A DNA stretch of 53,275 nucleotides from an uncultured Bacilli bacterium (GTDB lineage Bacteria > Bacillota_I > Bacilli_A > RF39 > UBA660): the NCBI GenBank assembly GCA_934098375.1, contig CAKOOC010000004.1, positions 1 through 53,275 of the forward strand. Reading direction: 5' to 3'. The position numbers and the translations under genes are program-made. A model generated the notes under the pieces. The model saw nothing but the letters and a program-made list of their open reading frames with translations. It was not told where the DNA came from and did not search any database. This document shows positions 9,125-19,368 of the stretch, piece by piece; the stretch's first letter is position 1, and every line of letters begins with the position of its first letter.

Positions 9125-9670
9125 ATGTGGTGGATTATTTTAGCGGTAGTCGTAGTATTAATACTTTTTGTTATAACTACCTACAACTCACTAGTAGTAC
9201 TAAGAAATAAGGTTAAAGATCAGTGGGCTCAAATAGACGTTCAATTAAAAAGAAGATGTGATTTAATTCCTAATTTAGTTGAAACTGTTAAAGGATATGC
9301 TAAACACGAATCAAAAACATTAGAAGATGTTATCAAAGCAAGAAACTCTGTTTTAAATGCCAAAAATACTAAAGATGAGATGAATGCTTCTAATGAAATG
9401 AGTGCTTCACTTACTAAATTATTTGCTTTAGCAGAAAGTTATCCAGAATTAAAAGCCAATGAAAACTTCGTTTCTTTACAAGAAAGTTTAAAAGAAACTG
9501 AAGATAAAATTTCTTACGCTAGACAATTTTATAATGACAACGTTATGAATTACAAAAACAAACTAGAAGTTTTCCCTTCAAATGTAATTGCGTCTATGTT
9601 TAATTTTAAACCTGAACCATTCTTTGAAGCAACTAGTGAAGAACGTAAAAATGTAGAAGTTAAATTTTAA
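9125..9670 (+). CDS. lemA: LemA family protein
   Basis: N-terminal TM, then YNSLVVLRNKV..QWAQIDVQLKRRCDLIPNLV and YARQFYND motifs. SD AGGAGG. Confidence 0.9.
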   Translation: MWWIILAVVVVLILFVITTYNSLVVLRNKVKDQWAQIDVQLKRRCDLIPNLVETVKGYAKHESKTLEDVIKARNSVLNAKNTKDEMNASNEMSASLTKLFALAESYPELKANENFVSLQESLKETEDKISYARQFYNDNVMNYKNKLEVFPSNVIASMFNFKPEPFFEATSEERKNVEVKF

Positions 9671-9708
9671 GGGCTTACAAAAGTAAGTCCTTTTTCCAAG
9701 GAGAAAGT

Positions 9709-11406
9709 ATGAAAAAGATTATATATTTATTAATTACATATTTGTTTTTGTTTATTCCCGCTGTAAATGCTAATGAAATAAATAAAATAAATATGGATAT
9801 TTACATCGATCAAAAAGGTGTAGCTAACATTAAAGAAGAGTGGACTGTTAAAGCCACTAGTGGCACTGAGATATACAAAACTTATAATAATATTGGCACA
9901 TCTACATTTAAGGATTTTAAAGTAAGTTTAAACGGAACTGATTTTCAAAATATTGGTTCTTGGAACGTAAATTCATCATTTGACGCTAAAGCCTATAAAA
10001 ATGGCATTCATGAAATTAGTGATGGCTTAGAATTATGTTTTGGTATTAGTAAATATGGTACTAATACATATACACTTGAATACAAAATAACCGATTTCGT
10101 CGTAAACTTAAATGATGCCCAAATGGTGTACTGGACCTTAATTCCCAGAAATCTAAGTAATACAGTAGATGAAGTTTATATAAAAGTTTATTCCGATTTT
10201 AGATATTCTGACAATTTAGATGTATGGGGATATGGCAAATATGGTGCTCCAACTTATGTTTATGATGGCTACATTGAAATGAGCACTGAAAACCTTTCAA
10301 GTAGTGAATATATGACAATGCTTATCAAATTTCCTAGTGGCACCTTTGATTTAGAAACTGATTTAGATGAAGAATTTGATTATTATTTAAATCAAGCAAA
10401 TGAAGGAAGTACAAAATATACTAAAAAATCAGCTACAAGCATCATTTTGTCTATCATAAAAGGTATTATAAAATTATTCAGTTATATTTTTGTTATCTAT
10501 ATTTTAATACTACTAATTAATAATGTTGTACTTAAAAATAACAAATACAAAAAAAGTGCTAAAAAAATTCCTAAAGATACCCCAGCTTTTAGAGATATTC
10601 CAAAAGGCGGATTATATTATAACTATTATATATCTAATCTATATAGCTTAACAAAAAAACAAACCGATCTTTTAGGCGCTGTTTTATTAAAGTGGTTAAA
10701 AGATGGTTACATTACCATTGAAAAGATTGAAAAAAAAGGGATATTTAAAAAATCAGAATTAGTTTCTTCAATGAAGATTTCTAACGTTGTTTGTGAAAGC
10801 CCTTTAGAAGAAGAATTATATCAAATGATTAAATCAGCCGCCAAGGATGACTATTTAGAAGAAAAAGAATTTGAAAAGTGGTCAAAAAATCATTATGAAA
10901 GATTACTTGGTTGGTTTGATAAAGTAGAAAGTAATGAAGCCGATACATTTATCGAAAAAGGTTTAGTTACTAAAGAAATTGTTAAAAAAGGTTTGATTAA
11001 AACTGCTAAATATACCGAAGATGATCAAGTATTCGAGCAAGCTCTAAAGCTTTATGGCTTAAAAAAATATTTAACTGAATTTTCTAACATGAAAGAAAAA
11101 ACTGTTATGGAAGTAAAATTATGGGAAGATTACCTTATTTTTGCTCAGATGTTTGGCATTGCCAAAGAAGTTGCTGCTCAGTTTAAAAAGATGTATCCTG
11201 AAGTGATTGAAGGCTATAATTACGATTTTGATACAATCATACTTATTAATAATTTCTCAAATCACGCTGTAACTAGCGCTCAAACGGCTAGACAAGAAGC
11301 AATTGATCGTGCTAACAGTTATTCATCCGGTGGTGGCGGCTTCTCATCAGGCGGTGGAGGAGGAGGCTCCTTCGGTGGCGGATCCGGTGGTGGCGGATTC
11401 AGATAA
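9709..11406 (+). CDS. DUF2207-type membrane protein with poly-Gly tail
   Basis: Signal peptide, extracellular N-domain, central TM, and C-terminal SSGGGGFSSGGGGGGSFGGGSGGGGFR. Has the classic pairing downstream of lemA. Confidence 0.75.
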   Translation: MKKIIYLLITYLFLFIPAVNANEINKINMDIYIDQKGVANIKEEWTVKATSGTEIYKTYNNIGTSTFKDFKVSLNGTDFQNIGSWNVNSSFDAKAYKNGIHEISDGLELCFGISKYGTNTYTLEYKITDFVVNLNDAQMVYWTLIPRNLSNTVDEVYIKVYSDFRYSDNLDVWGYGKYGAPTYVYDGYIEMSTENLSSSEYMTMLIKFPSGTFDLETDLDEEFDYYLNQANEGSTKYTKKSATSIILSIIKGIIKLFSYIFVIYILILLINNVVLKNNKYKKSAKKIPKDTPAFRDIPKGGLYYNYYISNLYSLTKKQTDLLGAVLLKWLKDGYITIEKIEKKGIFKKSELVSSMKISNVVCESPLEEELYQMIKSAAKDDYLEEKEFEKWSKNHYERLLGWFDKVESNEADTFIEKGLVTKEIVKKGLIKTAKYTEDDQVFEQALKLYGLKKYLTEFSNMKEKTVMEVKLWEDYLIFAQMFGIAKEVAAQFKKMYPEVIEGYNYDFDTIILINNFSNHAVTSAQTARQEAIDRANSYSSGGGGFSSGGGGGGSFGGGSGGGGFR

Positions 11407-11452
11407 AAATTTTAAATTAGAATATAAAAATAGTGATCAAAATTGATATGAA

Positions 11453-11484
11453 CCCCGTTTCTTGAACATAGAAACGAGGTTTTT
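11453..11484 (+). terminator. Rho-independent terminator after the DUF2207 gene
   Basis: CCCCGTTTCT-TGAACAT-AGAAACGAGG hairpin followed by TTTTT. Confidence 0.7.
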
Positions 11485-11486
11485 AT

Positions 11487-11711
11487 ATGTCAAAATTAAA
11501 TTATGAAGAAAGAATAAGTTTAAGTTTAAAAGATAATGCCGCCGAAATAGCAAAATTAAGTGCGTTAAATAAATTACTTTTAAAAAATAATTTAATATTA
11601 AAACCAAATGATATTGAAAGATTAATAACTAATACTATAGGAAGCATTATTGGATATCTGATGTATCTTTTAGCTTTACCATTATTAAGAAGGATAAAAT
11701 ATCATTTATAA
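11487..11711 (+). CDS. Hypothetical 74-aa protein with C-terminal TM
   Basis: ORF only. Its SD (GAGG) lies in the 3' arm of the preceding terminator. No recognisable motif. Confidence 0.3.
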   Translation: MSKLNYEERISLSLKDNAAEIAKLSALNKLLLKNNLILKPNDIERLITNTIGSIIGYLMYLLALPLLRRIKYHL

Positions 11712-11821
11712 GATTGAAATATAAATAAATAGTAAAATATTGCTTTAAATTATACAGAAATCATAAAAAATATATTATACTATTTTTATATAAGTTGAGT
11801 AGTTTTTAAATGGAGGAAAAT

Positions 11822-12379
11822 ATGAAAAAAACATTATTAATTACATTAAGTGGAATTATGCTATTAGGCTTAACTGGGTGTGGTACATCTAGTGTAGATA
11901 ATGCCAAAAAGGATTTAGAAGAAAGTATAGAAAAAAATGGAGCGGTTGAAAAAGAAACTGTTGATGTATTAGTTGCCAAATTTAATACTGAAATAGTTGA
12001 TAATAGTTCATTAAATCCTGCATCAACTGATTATCTTACAGAAAGTAATGGTGAGTATTGGTATGGATTAATTGAAGGAATATATTTAGTAGTAGTGCCT
12101 GAAAAATACGTTGGAGATAAAACTACAGAAATTGTAAATTATACGCTTTTATATGTCCAAAAAAATAGTAAGTATGAGACAAATGTTAATTCCTATGTTA
12201 AACACCTAATTAAAGCAAATAATATTCAGTTTACAGATTCTGAGATTGAAACTTTATTAAAAGAAGTAAAGACTAAAACTAATTCCGGTAAAACTGTAAA
12301 CAACGGAAAAGGTATTTCTATTGGTTATACTGAAAATGATAAAGCATACCAATATCAAGTTTTAAGGCTATACAAATAG
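11822..12379 (+). CDS. Lipoprotein of unknown function
   Basis: Lipobox LLGLTGC after MKKTLLITLSGIM. GGAGG sits 5-6 nt before the ATG at 11822, so the track's start at 11810 is probably too early. Confidence 0.7.
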   Translation: MKKTLLITLSGIMLLGLTGCGTSSVDNAKKDLEESIEKNGAVEKETVDVLVAKFNTEIVDNSSLNPASTDYLTESNGEYWYGLIEGIYLVVVPEKYVGDKTTEIVNYTLLYVQKNSKYETNVNSYVKHLIKANNIQFTDSEIETLLKEVKTKTNSGKTVNNGKGISIGYTENDKAYQYQVLRLYK

Positions 12380-12413
12380 TAATAATTATGATCTAAATTG
12401 CGGAGGTACTGAA

Positions 12414-12968
12414 ATGTTTGAAAAGGTTATAAAGAAACAATTTTATCATGTTGTAACAAATAAACCCATGATGATTGGACAACAAATTATTTATGACGAA
12501 ACGCATCACAGTGGTGTTTATGAAAGAGTATATGCATATAAAGATAAAGTAAACGAGATATATACTAAACCAAAAGCATATAATAATGAAAATTTTGAAC
12601 ATCATTTAAAAGTTGCTTTAAGAGAATTAGCCATGGAAGAAGTAAGGATTAATAAATATCCTAATTATCCCTCAAGATTATCTTCTTTATACGTATCGCA
12701 AACTTTAGAAGAAGCTGAAAAATGGTATAATCTTTTCATAGAATTAGGAAGACCCACTTTTCAAATTGTTAAAGTAGAAGTGACTGGAAATGTATTTATT
12801 GGCGATGCTTGTAATTGCTTTGATGGAACAAAAGATAAAAAAAGAAATTTAAAGCTGGCCGAAAACTATTGGAAATATAAAACAAATAAAAATAAAAAAA
12901 TACCTATTATCGAAGTACTTGTAGATGGTAATATAAAAGTAATCGATATAATAAAAGAAAGTAATTAA
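12414..12968 (+). CDS. Hypothetical cytoplasmic protein
   Basis: 184 aa with good SD (GGAGG). Contains a YPNYPSRLSSLYVS..LEEAEKW segment. I cannot assign a family with confidence. Confidence 0.5.
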   Translation: MFEKVIKKQFYHVVTNKPMMIGQQIIYDETHHSGVYERVYAYKDKVNEIYTKPKAYNNENFEHHLKVALRELAMEEVRINKYPNYPSRLSSLYVSQTLEEAEKWYNLFIELGRPTFQIVKVEVTGNVFIGDACNCFDGTKDKKRNLKLAENYWKYKTNKNKKIPIIEVLVDGNIKVIDIIKESN

Positions 12969-13101
12969 ATTGTACTATAATGAGAATATAGAGAAACGTT
13001 AATATAATTAATAGAAATGGAGGTAAATGAAATGAAAAATTTTTAAATGCAATTATTGTAAAAAACAAACTTGATGAAATAAAATAGTAATTTGTAGGGA
13101 G

Positions 13102-13548
13102 ATGAAATTAGTGAAAATTAGAAAAATATTAAAAGAAGAAATGAAAAAAGCATTAGAATTAGTTTGGAAAGTGTTTTTGGAATATGAAGCACCTGATTAC
13201 ACCGAAGAAGGTATAAAAGAATTTAAAAAAACAATTGATGATGTTTCCTGGATTGAAGCAAGAGATTTTTATGGGGCTTACGATGAAAGTAATAAAATAT
13301 TAGGAGTTATAGCAACAAAAGATGTTACTCATATAGCATTATTCTTTGTAGATGGAAAATACCACAAACAAGGAATAGGAAAGAAGCTATATTACAAAGT
13401 AGAATCATTAAATAACAATGAATTTTTTACTGTAAATTCTTCTCCGTATGCACATGAAGTTTATAAACATTTGGGATTTATAGATACAGATAAAGAGCAA
13501 AGTATTAAAGGATTAAGATTTTATCCAATGAAAAAGAATTTGAAATAA
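13102..13548 (+). CDS. GNAT family N-acetyltransferase
   Basis: 148 aa. FFVDGKYHKQGIGKKL matches the acetyl-CoA binding Q/RxxGxG motif. Confidence 0.75.
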   Translation: MKLVKIRKILKEEMKKALELVWKVFLEYEAPDYTEEGIKEFKKTIDDVSWIEARDFYGAYDESNKILGVIATKDVTHIALFFVDGKYHKQGIGKKLYYKVESLNNNEFFTVNSSPYAHEVYKHLGFIDTDKEQSIKGLRFYPMKKNLK

Positions 13549-13587
13549 AAAAACAAACTACAAGTTGTAAAAAGGAAGTGATAAATA

Positions 13588-14514
13588 ATGGATATGTATC
13601 AAAAAAGAAAAAAAAGACAAGAAATGAAAAATAGTGAAAATAAAAAAGAAACACAAAATAAAATGAATATTAACTGGTACCCAGGGCACATGCAAAAAAC
13701 CAAACGATTATTAAAAGAAACAATGCCTTTAATTGACATAGTTTTTGAATTAATTGATGCCCGAATTCCTTATTCGTCAAAAATTAAGGATATCGATGAA
13801 TTAATAAAAAATAAAAAAAGAATTTTAATCATGACCAAAAAAGACTTATGTGATTTAAAGGAAACTACCAAATGGGTAAATTATTACGAAAAAAAAGGCT
13901 ACATAGTTATATTAGTTGATTTAAACACCACTAGTGATTACAAAAAAATTATTGATGCCGCAAGTATATTTATAGACGAAATAAATGCCAAAAGAGCTCA
14001 AAACGGTATGAAACCTAAAGAAGTAAAAGGAACTGTTATTGGTATTCCAAATGTCGGAAAAAGTACCCTAATTAATAAACTTGCCGGTAAAAAAGTATCT
14101 AACGTCGGAAATATGCCTGGTGTTACTAAAAATAATGTGTGGTTAAAAACTAAATACAAACTATTAGTTCTTGATACTCCAGGAATTTTATGGCCTAAGT
14201 TTGATAATGATTATATTGCCTATAACTTAGCTGCTATGACGGCAATTAGCGAAAACGTTTTACCTATAAAAGATGTAGCGTACTATATTTTAAAAACATT
14301 ACATGAATCTTATCCAGAAGCATACGAAGCAAGATACAAAGTAACAGCTTTTGATGATGACACTATAGATATTATTGCTAAAAACATGGGCGCTATTAAT
14401 AATGGGACACCTGATTATAACAGAGTTTATAAGGCTATTATCAATGACATCAAAAAAGAAAATATCAAAAACATTACATTTGATAAATATGAAAAAATAA
14501 TAAATGAAAAGTAA
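13588..14514 (+). CDS. rbgA: Ribosome biogenesis GTPase A (YlqF/RbgA)
   Basis: NWYPGHM, circularly permuted GTPase motifs (MTKKDL ... GIPNVGKST ... DTPG). Lys-rich 25-aa N-terminal extension. SD AAGGAAGTG. Confidence 0.9.
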   Translation: MDMYQKRKKRQEMKNSENKKETQNKMNINWYPGHMQKTKRLLKETMPLIDIVFELIDARIPYSSKIKDIDELIKNKKRILIMTKKDLCDLKETTKWVNYYEKKGYIVILVDLNTTSDYKKIIDAASIFIDEINAKRAQNGMKPKEVKGTVIGIPNVGKSTLINKLAGKKVSNVGNMPGVTKNNVWLKTKYKLLVLDTPGILWPKFDNDYIAYNLAAMTAISENVLPIKDVAYYILKTLHESYPEAYEARYKVTAFDDDTIDIIAKNMGAINNGTPDYNRVYKAIINDIKKENIKNITFDKYEKIINEK

Positions 14515-15232
14515 AGTAGAAATGAAAACAGAAAAAAGTAAGCAAAAATCGTCTTCTAAAAAGAAAGAAAAAATAATTGTAACCGACAATTTATCCTATG
14601 AAAAAGAATTATATGCTAAGGGTATAACCTTAATTGCTGGAGTTGATGAAGTAGGTAGAGGCCCTCTTGTTGGCCCAGTCGTAACCGCGGCCGTTATTTT
14701 ACCAGTTAATTATCATTTAGAAGGTTTAACTGATTCTAAAAAATTAACTGAAAAGAAACGTAATGAATTTTACAAAATAATCATGCAAGATGCTATAAGT
14801 GTAGCAATAGGTATTAAAGATAACAAAGTAATAGATGAGGTAAATATATATGAAGCCACTAAACTAGCCATGTATGAAGCTATTAATAAATTAGATGTAA
14901 AACCAGAACACGTTCTTATTGATGCTATGAAACTAGATAAATTAGAGGTGCCATCAACAAGTATCATCAAAGGCGATTTAAAAAGTGAATCAATCGCCGC
15001 TGCCTCAGTTATCGCCAAAGTAACCAGAGACTCTATGATGTATGAATTAGATTTAGAATACCCTGAGTACGGATTTAAAAATCACAAAGGCTATCCAACT
15101 AAATCCCATATCGAAAATGTCAAGCAATATGGACTTTTAGATAATTATAGGTTTACTTTTAGTCCTATAAGTGATTTAATAAAACAAGGTGGTAATTTTG
15201 AAAGAAACATTAGGAAAACGCATACTCATTAA
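14504..15232 (+). CDS. rnhB: Ribonuclease HII
   Basis: GVDEVGRGPLVGPVV, DSKKL, AAASVIAKV motifs. 11-nt overlap with rbgA. Conserved rbgA-rnhB order. Confidence 0.9.
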   Translation: MKSKVEMKTEKSKQKSSSKKKEKIIVTDNLSYEKELYAKGITLIAGVDEVGRGPLVGPVVTAAVILPVNYHLEGLTDSKKLTEKKRNEFYKIIMQDAISVAIGIKDNKVIDEVNIYEATKLAMYEAINKLDVKPEHVLIDAMKLDKLEVPSTSIIKGDLKSESIAAASVIAKVTRDSMMYELDLEYPEYGFKNHKGYPTKSHIENVKQYGLLDNYRFTFSPISDLIKQGGNFERNIRKTHTH

Positions 15233-17309
15233 TACAATAATATTTACAATATTCATTTTTTCATTAGAAATGATTGTAAAAATAAACACCCATCCAAGTA
15301 GTATTATCTCTTGGTCTACTCTTAGAATTTTAATTAGTTCGGTTGGAATTAGTTTAATTCTAGGCTTTTTTATGTCCTTATTTAATAAAACTGGTCGTAA
15401 AGTTTATATTAGTATCGTTTCTCTTTTATTAACTATTTATGTATGGACCGAAATCAACTTATACCATTATATGGGCTTTTTCATGGGTGTTGGCAACGCT
15501 GAACAAGGAACAAAAATACTTGACTACGTTAAAGACTTTATTGTCGCTGCTAGATGGACCTCATATCTTGTTATTATTCCCTTAATAATTCTTATGGTAT
15601 ATATTTGGTATTTACAAAAAATACTAAGAAGAAACAAATTAAATAAAACAATTTACTTTAAATTTCAAATTGATACAAGAAAAATGAAACGTCATGCCGT
15701 ATATTTAACAATCGTATCACTTGCCGCTATTTTTCTAATGTATTATGCCACATTAAAAGTAAGTTTTATGCAAAATAAAACTCAAAGTATCAAAAATTCT
15801 GAACTAATTTTAACAAGCACTTATGCTAATCAATCAGTTAGTCAGTTTGGTGTTTTAGTTTATGGTGCCTCAGATATTATTATTACTACATTCGATATAA
15901 ATATTGATTTAGATACTGATACCAACGTTAGCTACAATGGTAATAAATATAATAACCAAGCTCCCGAAGATAAAAAAAGAACTATTGATGATACTGTTTG
16001 GAATAATGTCATAAATAATGAAAATAATACTAATTATAACAAATTAAACAATTACTTTATTAATAGAGAAATAACTCCTAAAAACGATTATACTGGTGTG
16101 TTTAAAGATAAAAATCTAATTGTTATCCTATTAGAATCAGTAAATTTAATATCTATAAATGAAAAAGAATATCCTAATATTTATAAATTATATAGTGAAG
16201 GAATCAGTTATCGTAATAACTATTCACCACGAAACAACTGTAATACCGGAAATAATGAAATGACTGCGATGACATCTTTATTTACAATTAATAACACCTG
16301 TACAGCCGATAAATATAAAAATAACGTTTACCCAGAAGCTATATTTAATATGTTTAAAAATTCCGGCTATACTACTAGTAGTTATCATGACTATGCTGAC
16401 TTTTATTATTCTAGAAAAACTATCCATCCTAACATGGGAAGTTCTAACTACTATAACGCCAGTAGATTAAACATCAAATGGAGTAGTCTTTATGCTGAGT
16501 GGCCAAGTGATGTTGATCTTATAAAAACTGCCACTCCTCACTTCATAAACGAAGATAAATTTATGGTTTTTATGACTAGTGTTACAACTCATCAGCCATA
16601 CACCGTTTCATCTGAATATGGTGATAAACACTTATCAGAATTTAGCGAATATAATTACAGCACCGCTGTTAAAAGATATATGTCTAAAATGAAAGAATTA
16701 GATGCCGCAATAGGTTTACTATTAGAAACTCTAGAAGCATCTGGTAAATTAGATGATACCGTTATTGCTGTCTTTGGAGACCACTATCCATATGGATTAA
16801 CTAATAAAGATTTAAATACCGTTCTTGATTATGACGTAAATGTCGATAAAGAAGTCGACCGCACGCCAATGATAATATATAATAGTGCCACACCTAAAGA
16901 AGAAATAACTAAATATACAACTATGATCGACTTATTACCAACTTTATTAAACATGTTTGATATTGATTATGATCCTCGTTTATATTTAGGTCATGATACT
17001 TTCTCTGAATATGACGATAGAGCTGTATTTTCTGATGGTTCATGGCAAGATGCTAAAGGTTATTACAATGCTTCAACTGGCAAGTTTACGCCTAAAGAAG
17101 AAACAAACACTTATACCGACGATGAACTTATAGAAATAAATAATGAAATTAATGTAAGACAAAAAATGAGTGCTTTAGCCATCAGAACTGATTATTTTAA
17201 TCATTTAGGTAAAGCATTAGATAGTGAAAAGCAAAAAATATTAGAAGAAACAAACAAAGAACCAGAAATAAAAGAAAGTGAGGTTTTAAATGGATCTAGT
17301 AATAGTTGA
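15198..17309 (+). CDS. LTA-synthase-like sulfatase-family membrane protein
   Basis: About 5 N-terminal TM segments plus an extracytoplasmic sulfatase domain (LESVN.., TTHQPY, FGDHYPYG). AAGGTGG lies 6 nt before the TTG at 15198; the track's GTG at 15189 lies inside that SD. Confidence 0.7.
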   Translation: MKETLGKRILINTIIFTIFIFSLEMIVKINTHPSSIISWSTLRILISSVGISLILGFFMSLFNKTGRKVYISIVSLLLTIYVWTEINLYHYMGFFMGVGNAEQGTKILDYVKDFIVAARWTSYLVIIPLIILMVYIWYLQKILRRNKLNKTIYFKFQIDTRKMKRHAVYLTIVSLAAIFLMYYATLKVSFMQNKTQSIKNSELILTSTYANQSVSQFGVLVYGASDIIITTFDINIDLDTDTNVSYNGNKYNNQAPEDKKRTIDDTVWNNVINNENNTNYNKLNNYFINREITPKNDYTGVFKDKNLIVILLESVNLISINEKEYPNIYKLYSEGISYRNNYSPRNNCNTGNNEMTAMTSLFTINNTCTADKYKNNVYPEAIFNMFKNSGYTTSSYHDYADFYYSRKTIHPNMGSSNYYNASRLNIKWSSLYAEWPSDVDLIKTATPHFINEDKFMVFMTSVTTHQPYTVSSEYGDKHLSEFSEYNYSTAVKRYMSKMKELDAAIGLLLETLEASGKLDDTVIAVFGDHYPYGLTNKDLNTVLDYDVNVDKEVDRTPMIIYNSATPKEEITKYTTMIDLLPTLLNMFDIDYDPRLYLGHDTFSEYDDRAVFSDGSWQDAKGYYNASTGKFTPKEETNTYTDDELIEINNEINVRQKMSALAIRTDYFNHLGKALDSEKQKILEETNKEPEIKESEVLNGSSNS

Positions 17310-19311
17310 ATCCCCTAGTAAAACTAAAACAATAGGTAAATATTTAGGAAGTAAATATAAAGTAGTTTCATCAAAAGGGCATATAAGAGATTTATCAACC
17401 ACGGGAAAATTCGGTTTAGGCATTGATATTGATAATGACTTTAAACCAAAATATACCACTATAAAAGGTAAAGCACCTGTCATAAAAGAACTTAAAAAAG
17501 ATGCCTCTATTTCCAATAAAGTTTATCTAGCAACCGATCCCGACCGTGAAGGGGAGGCCATCAGTTGGCATATTTATGACACTCTAGGACTAAACGATGA
17601 TGAATACGACCGTGTTGTTTTTAACGAAATAACCAAAGATGCCGTCATTGAAGCTTTTAAACATCCTAGAAAAATTGATGATAATTTAGTAAAAAGTCAA
17701 GAAACTAGAAGAATGCTAGACCGTATCATTGGCTTTAGATTATCAAAATTAATGCAAAGTAAAACTGGTGGTAAATCAGCTGGTCGCGTTCAAAGTGTGG
17801 CTTTAAAACTAATTGTTGATAGAGAAAGAGAAATAGATGCTTTTAATCCTGAAGAATACTGGACTATAACCGGTGTATTTCCAGATTTTAAAGCAAATTT
17901 AGAAAAATATAAAACTAAAAAAATCGAAATAAAAAGTGCTGTTGAAGCTGATAATATTTTAAATAAACTATCTAAAAGTTTTAAAATTGAGTCTATTGAC
18001 AAAAAAGAAAAATTAAAAAAAGGTGTTATGCCTTTTACCACATCAACCCTTCAGCAAGCCTGCGCTAATAAACTAAATTTTGGTGCCTCTAAAACCATGA
18101 GAGTTGCTCAAAAACTATACGAAAGCATCGACATTGGGACTGAAACAGTCGGTCTTATCTCATATATGCGTACTGATTCAACCAGATTATCAGATACCTT
18201 CATTTTAAGTGCTCAAAACTATATTAGAAATAATTATGGTGAAAACTACGTAGGTAAAGTTAAAATTGCTAAAAAAGGGCAAAACATTCAAGATGCCCAT
18301 GAAGCAATTAGACCAACTGCCATCGAGCGTACTCCTGAAAGTTTAAAAGAATATTTAACCCCAGACGAATTCAAAGTATATAGTATCATTTATTACCGTG
18401 CTCTTGCTTCATTAATGGCTGATGCTAAAACTTTAGCAACTACCATAATTTTAGATAATAATGATTACAAATTTAAAGCAACCGGCTCTGTCATTACTTT
18501 TAATGGTTTTCTAGCCGCATATCAAAAATATATGGATAATGAAGATGTTGTTTTACCTGATTACAGTGATTATAAAAGCAATATTTTAGTGGCTGATGAA
18601 ATTACCAAAGAACAGCATTTTACTAAACCAGCCCCAAGATATACTGAAAGTTCATTAATTAAAGAATTAGAATCTCTTGGAATTGGTAGACCATCAACTT
18701 ATGCCAAAATACTAGAAACCATTAAAGAACGTGCCTACGTAAGTATCGTCGATAAGAAATTCATTCCGACGGAAATAGGCATTGAAACAACCGATAAATT
18801 GCAAGAATTTTTCTCTGACATCATTAATGTAAAATACACTGCCAATATGGAAAATGAACTAGATTTGATAGCAGAAGATAAACTAGACAATATTAAAGTA
18901 TTAAAAACTTTTTACAATGATTTTGAACCACTTGTCAAAAAAGCCTTTGATGAAATGGAGAAAAAAGCTCCAACTGAAACTGGCGAAAATTGTCCAAACT
19001 GCGGAAGCCCACTAGTTATTCGCAATGGTCGCTTTGGTAAGTTTACCGCTTGTTCTAATTACCCAACTTGCAAGTATATCAAAAAAGAAGAAAAAGAAGT
19101 AAAAGCAGTTTGTCCTTGTCCTAAATGTGGTCATGATATAATTGCCAAAAAAAGTAAAAGAGGAAAAGTGTTCTATGGATGTTCTAATTATCCATCATGC
19201 ACCTTTGCTTTGTGGGATATGCCAACTGGCGAAACTTGCCCAAACTGTGGAAGTTTATTAGTAACCAAAGGGAAAAAGATTAAGTGCTCAGCCTGTGATT
19301 ACGAAAAATAG
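17290..19311 (+). CDS. topA: DNA topoisomerase I
   Basis: MDLVIVESPSK Toprim start, DPDREGEAISWH, YMRTDS active-site Tyr region, and three C-terminal C4 zinc ribbons. SD AAGTGAGG. Confidence 0.95.
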   Translation: MDLVIVESPSKTKTIGKYLGSKYKVVSSKGHIRDLSTTGKFGLGIDIDNDFKPKYTTIKGKAPVIKELKKDASISNKVYLATDPDREGEAISWHIYDTLGLNDDEYDRVVFNEITKDAVIEAFKHPRKIDDNLVKSQETRRMLDRIIGFRLSKLMQSKTGGKSAGRVQSVALKLIVDREREIDAFNPEEYWTITGVFPDFKANLEKYKTKKIEIKSAVEADNILNKLSKSFKIESIDKKEKLKKGVMPFTTSTLQQACANKLNFGASKTMRVAQKLYESIDIGTETVGLISYMRTDSTRLSDTFILSAQNYIRNNYGENYVGKVKIAKKGQNIQDAHEAIRPTAIERTPESLKEYLTPDEFKVYSIIYYRALASLMADAKTLATTIILDNNDYKFKATGSVITFNGFLAAYQKYMDNEDVVLPDYSDYKSNILVADEITKEQHFTKPAPRYTESSLIKELESLGIGRPSTYAKILETIKERAYVSIVDKKFIPTEIGIETTDKLQEFFSDIINVKYTANMENELDLIAEDKLDNIKVLKTFYNDFEPLVKKAFDEMEKKAPTETGENCPNCGSPLVIRNGRFGKFTACSNYPTCKYIKKEEKEVKAVCPCPKCGHDIIAKKSKRGKVFYGCSNYPSCTFALWDMPTGETCPNCGSLLVTKGKKIKCSACDYEK

Positions 19312-19344
19312 GTGTGTTTACTATAGTAAACGCCTATTTTTTTT
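19311..19344 (+). terminator. Rho-independent terminator after topA
   Basis: GGTGTGTTTAC-TATA-GTAAACGCC hairpin followed by a T8 run. Confidence 0.75.
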
Positions 19345-19368
19345 GCTATAATTTACTAAGGTGGTGTT

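Noticed and set aside
12393-12605. ORF 12393..12605(-)
   Set aside because: Overlaps the 5' half of the + strand 184-aa gene, which has a GGAGG SD. The Phe/Ile-rich translation looks like an AT-rich artefact.
14299-15018. ORFs 14299..14589(-) and 14770..15018(-)
   Set aside because: Antisense within rbgA/rnhB, both of which have clear catalytic motifs.
17286-18041. ORFs 17286..17516(-) and 17790..18041(-)
   Set aside because: Antisense within topA.
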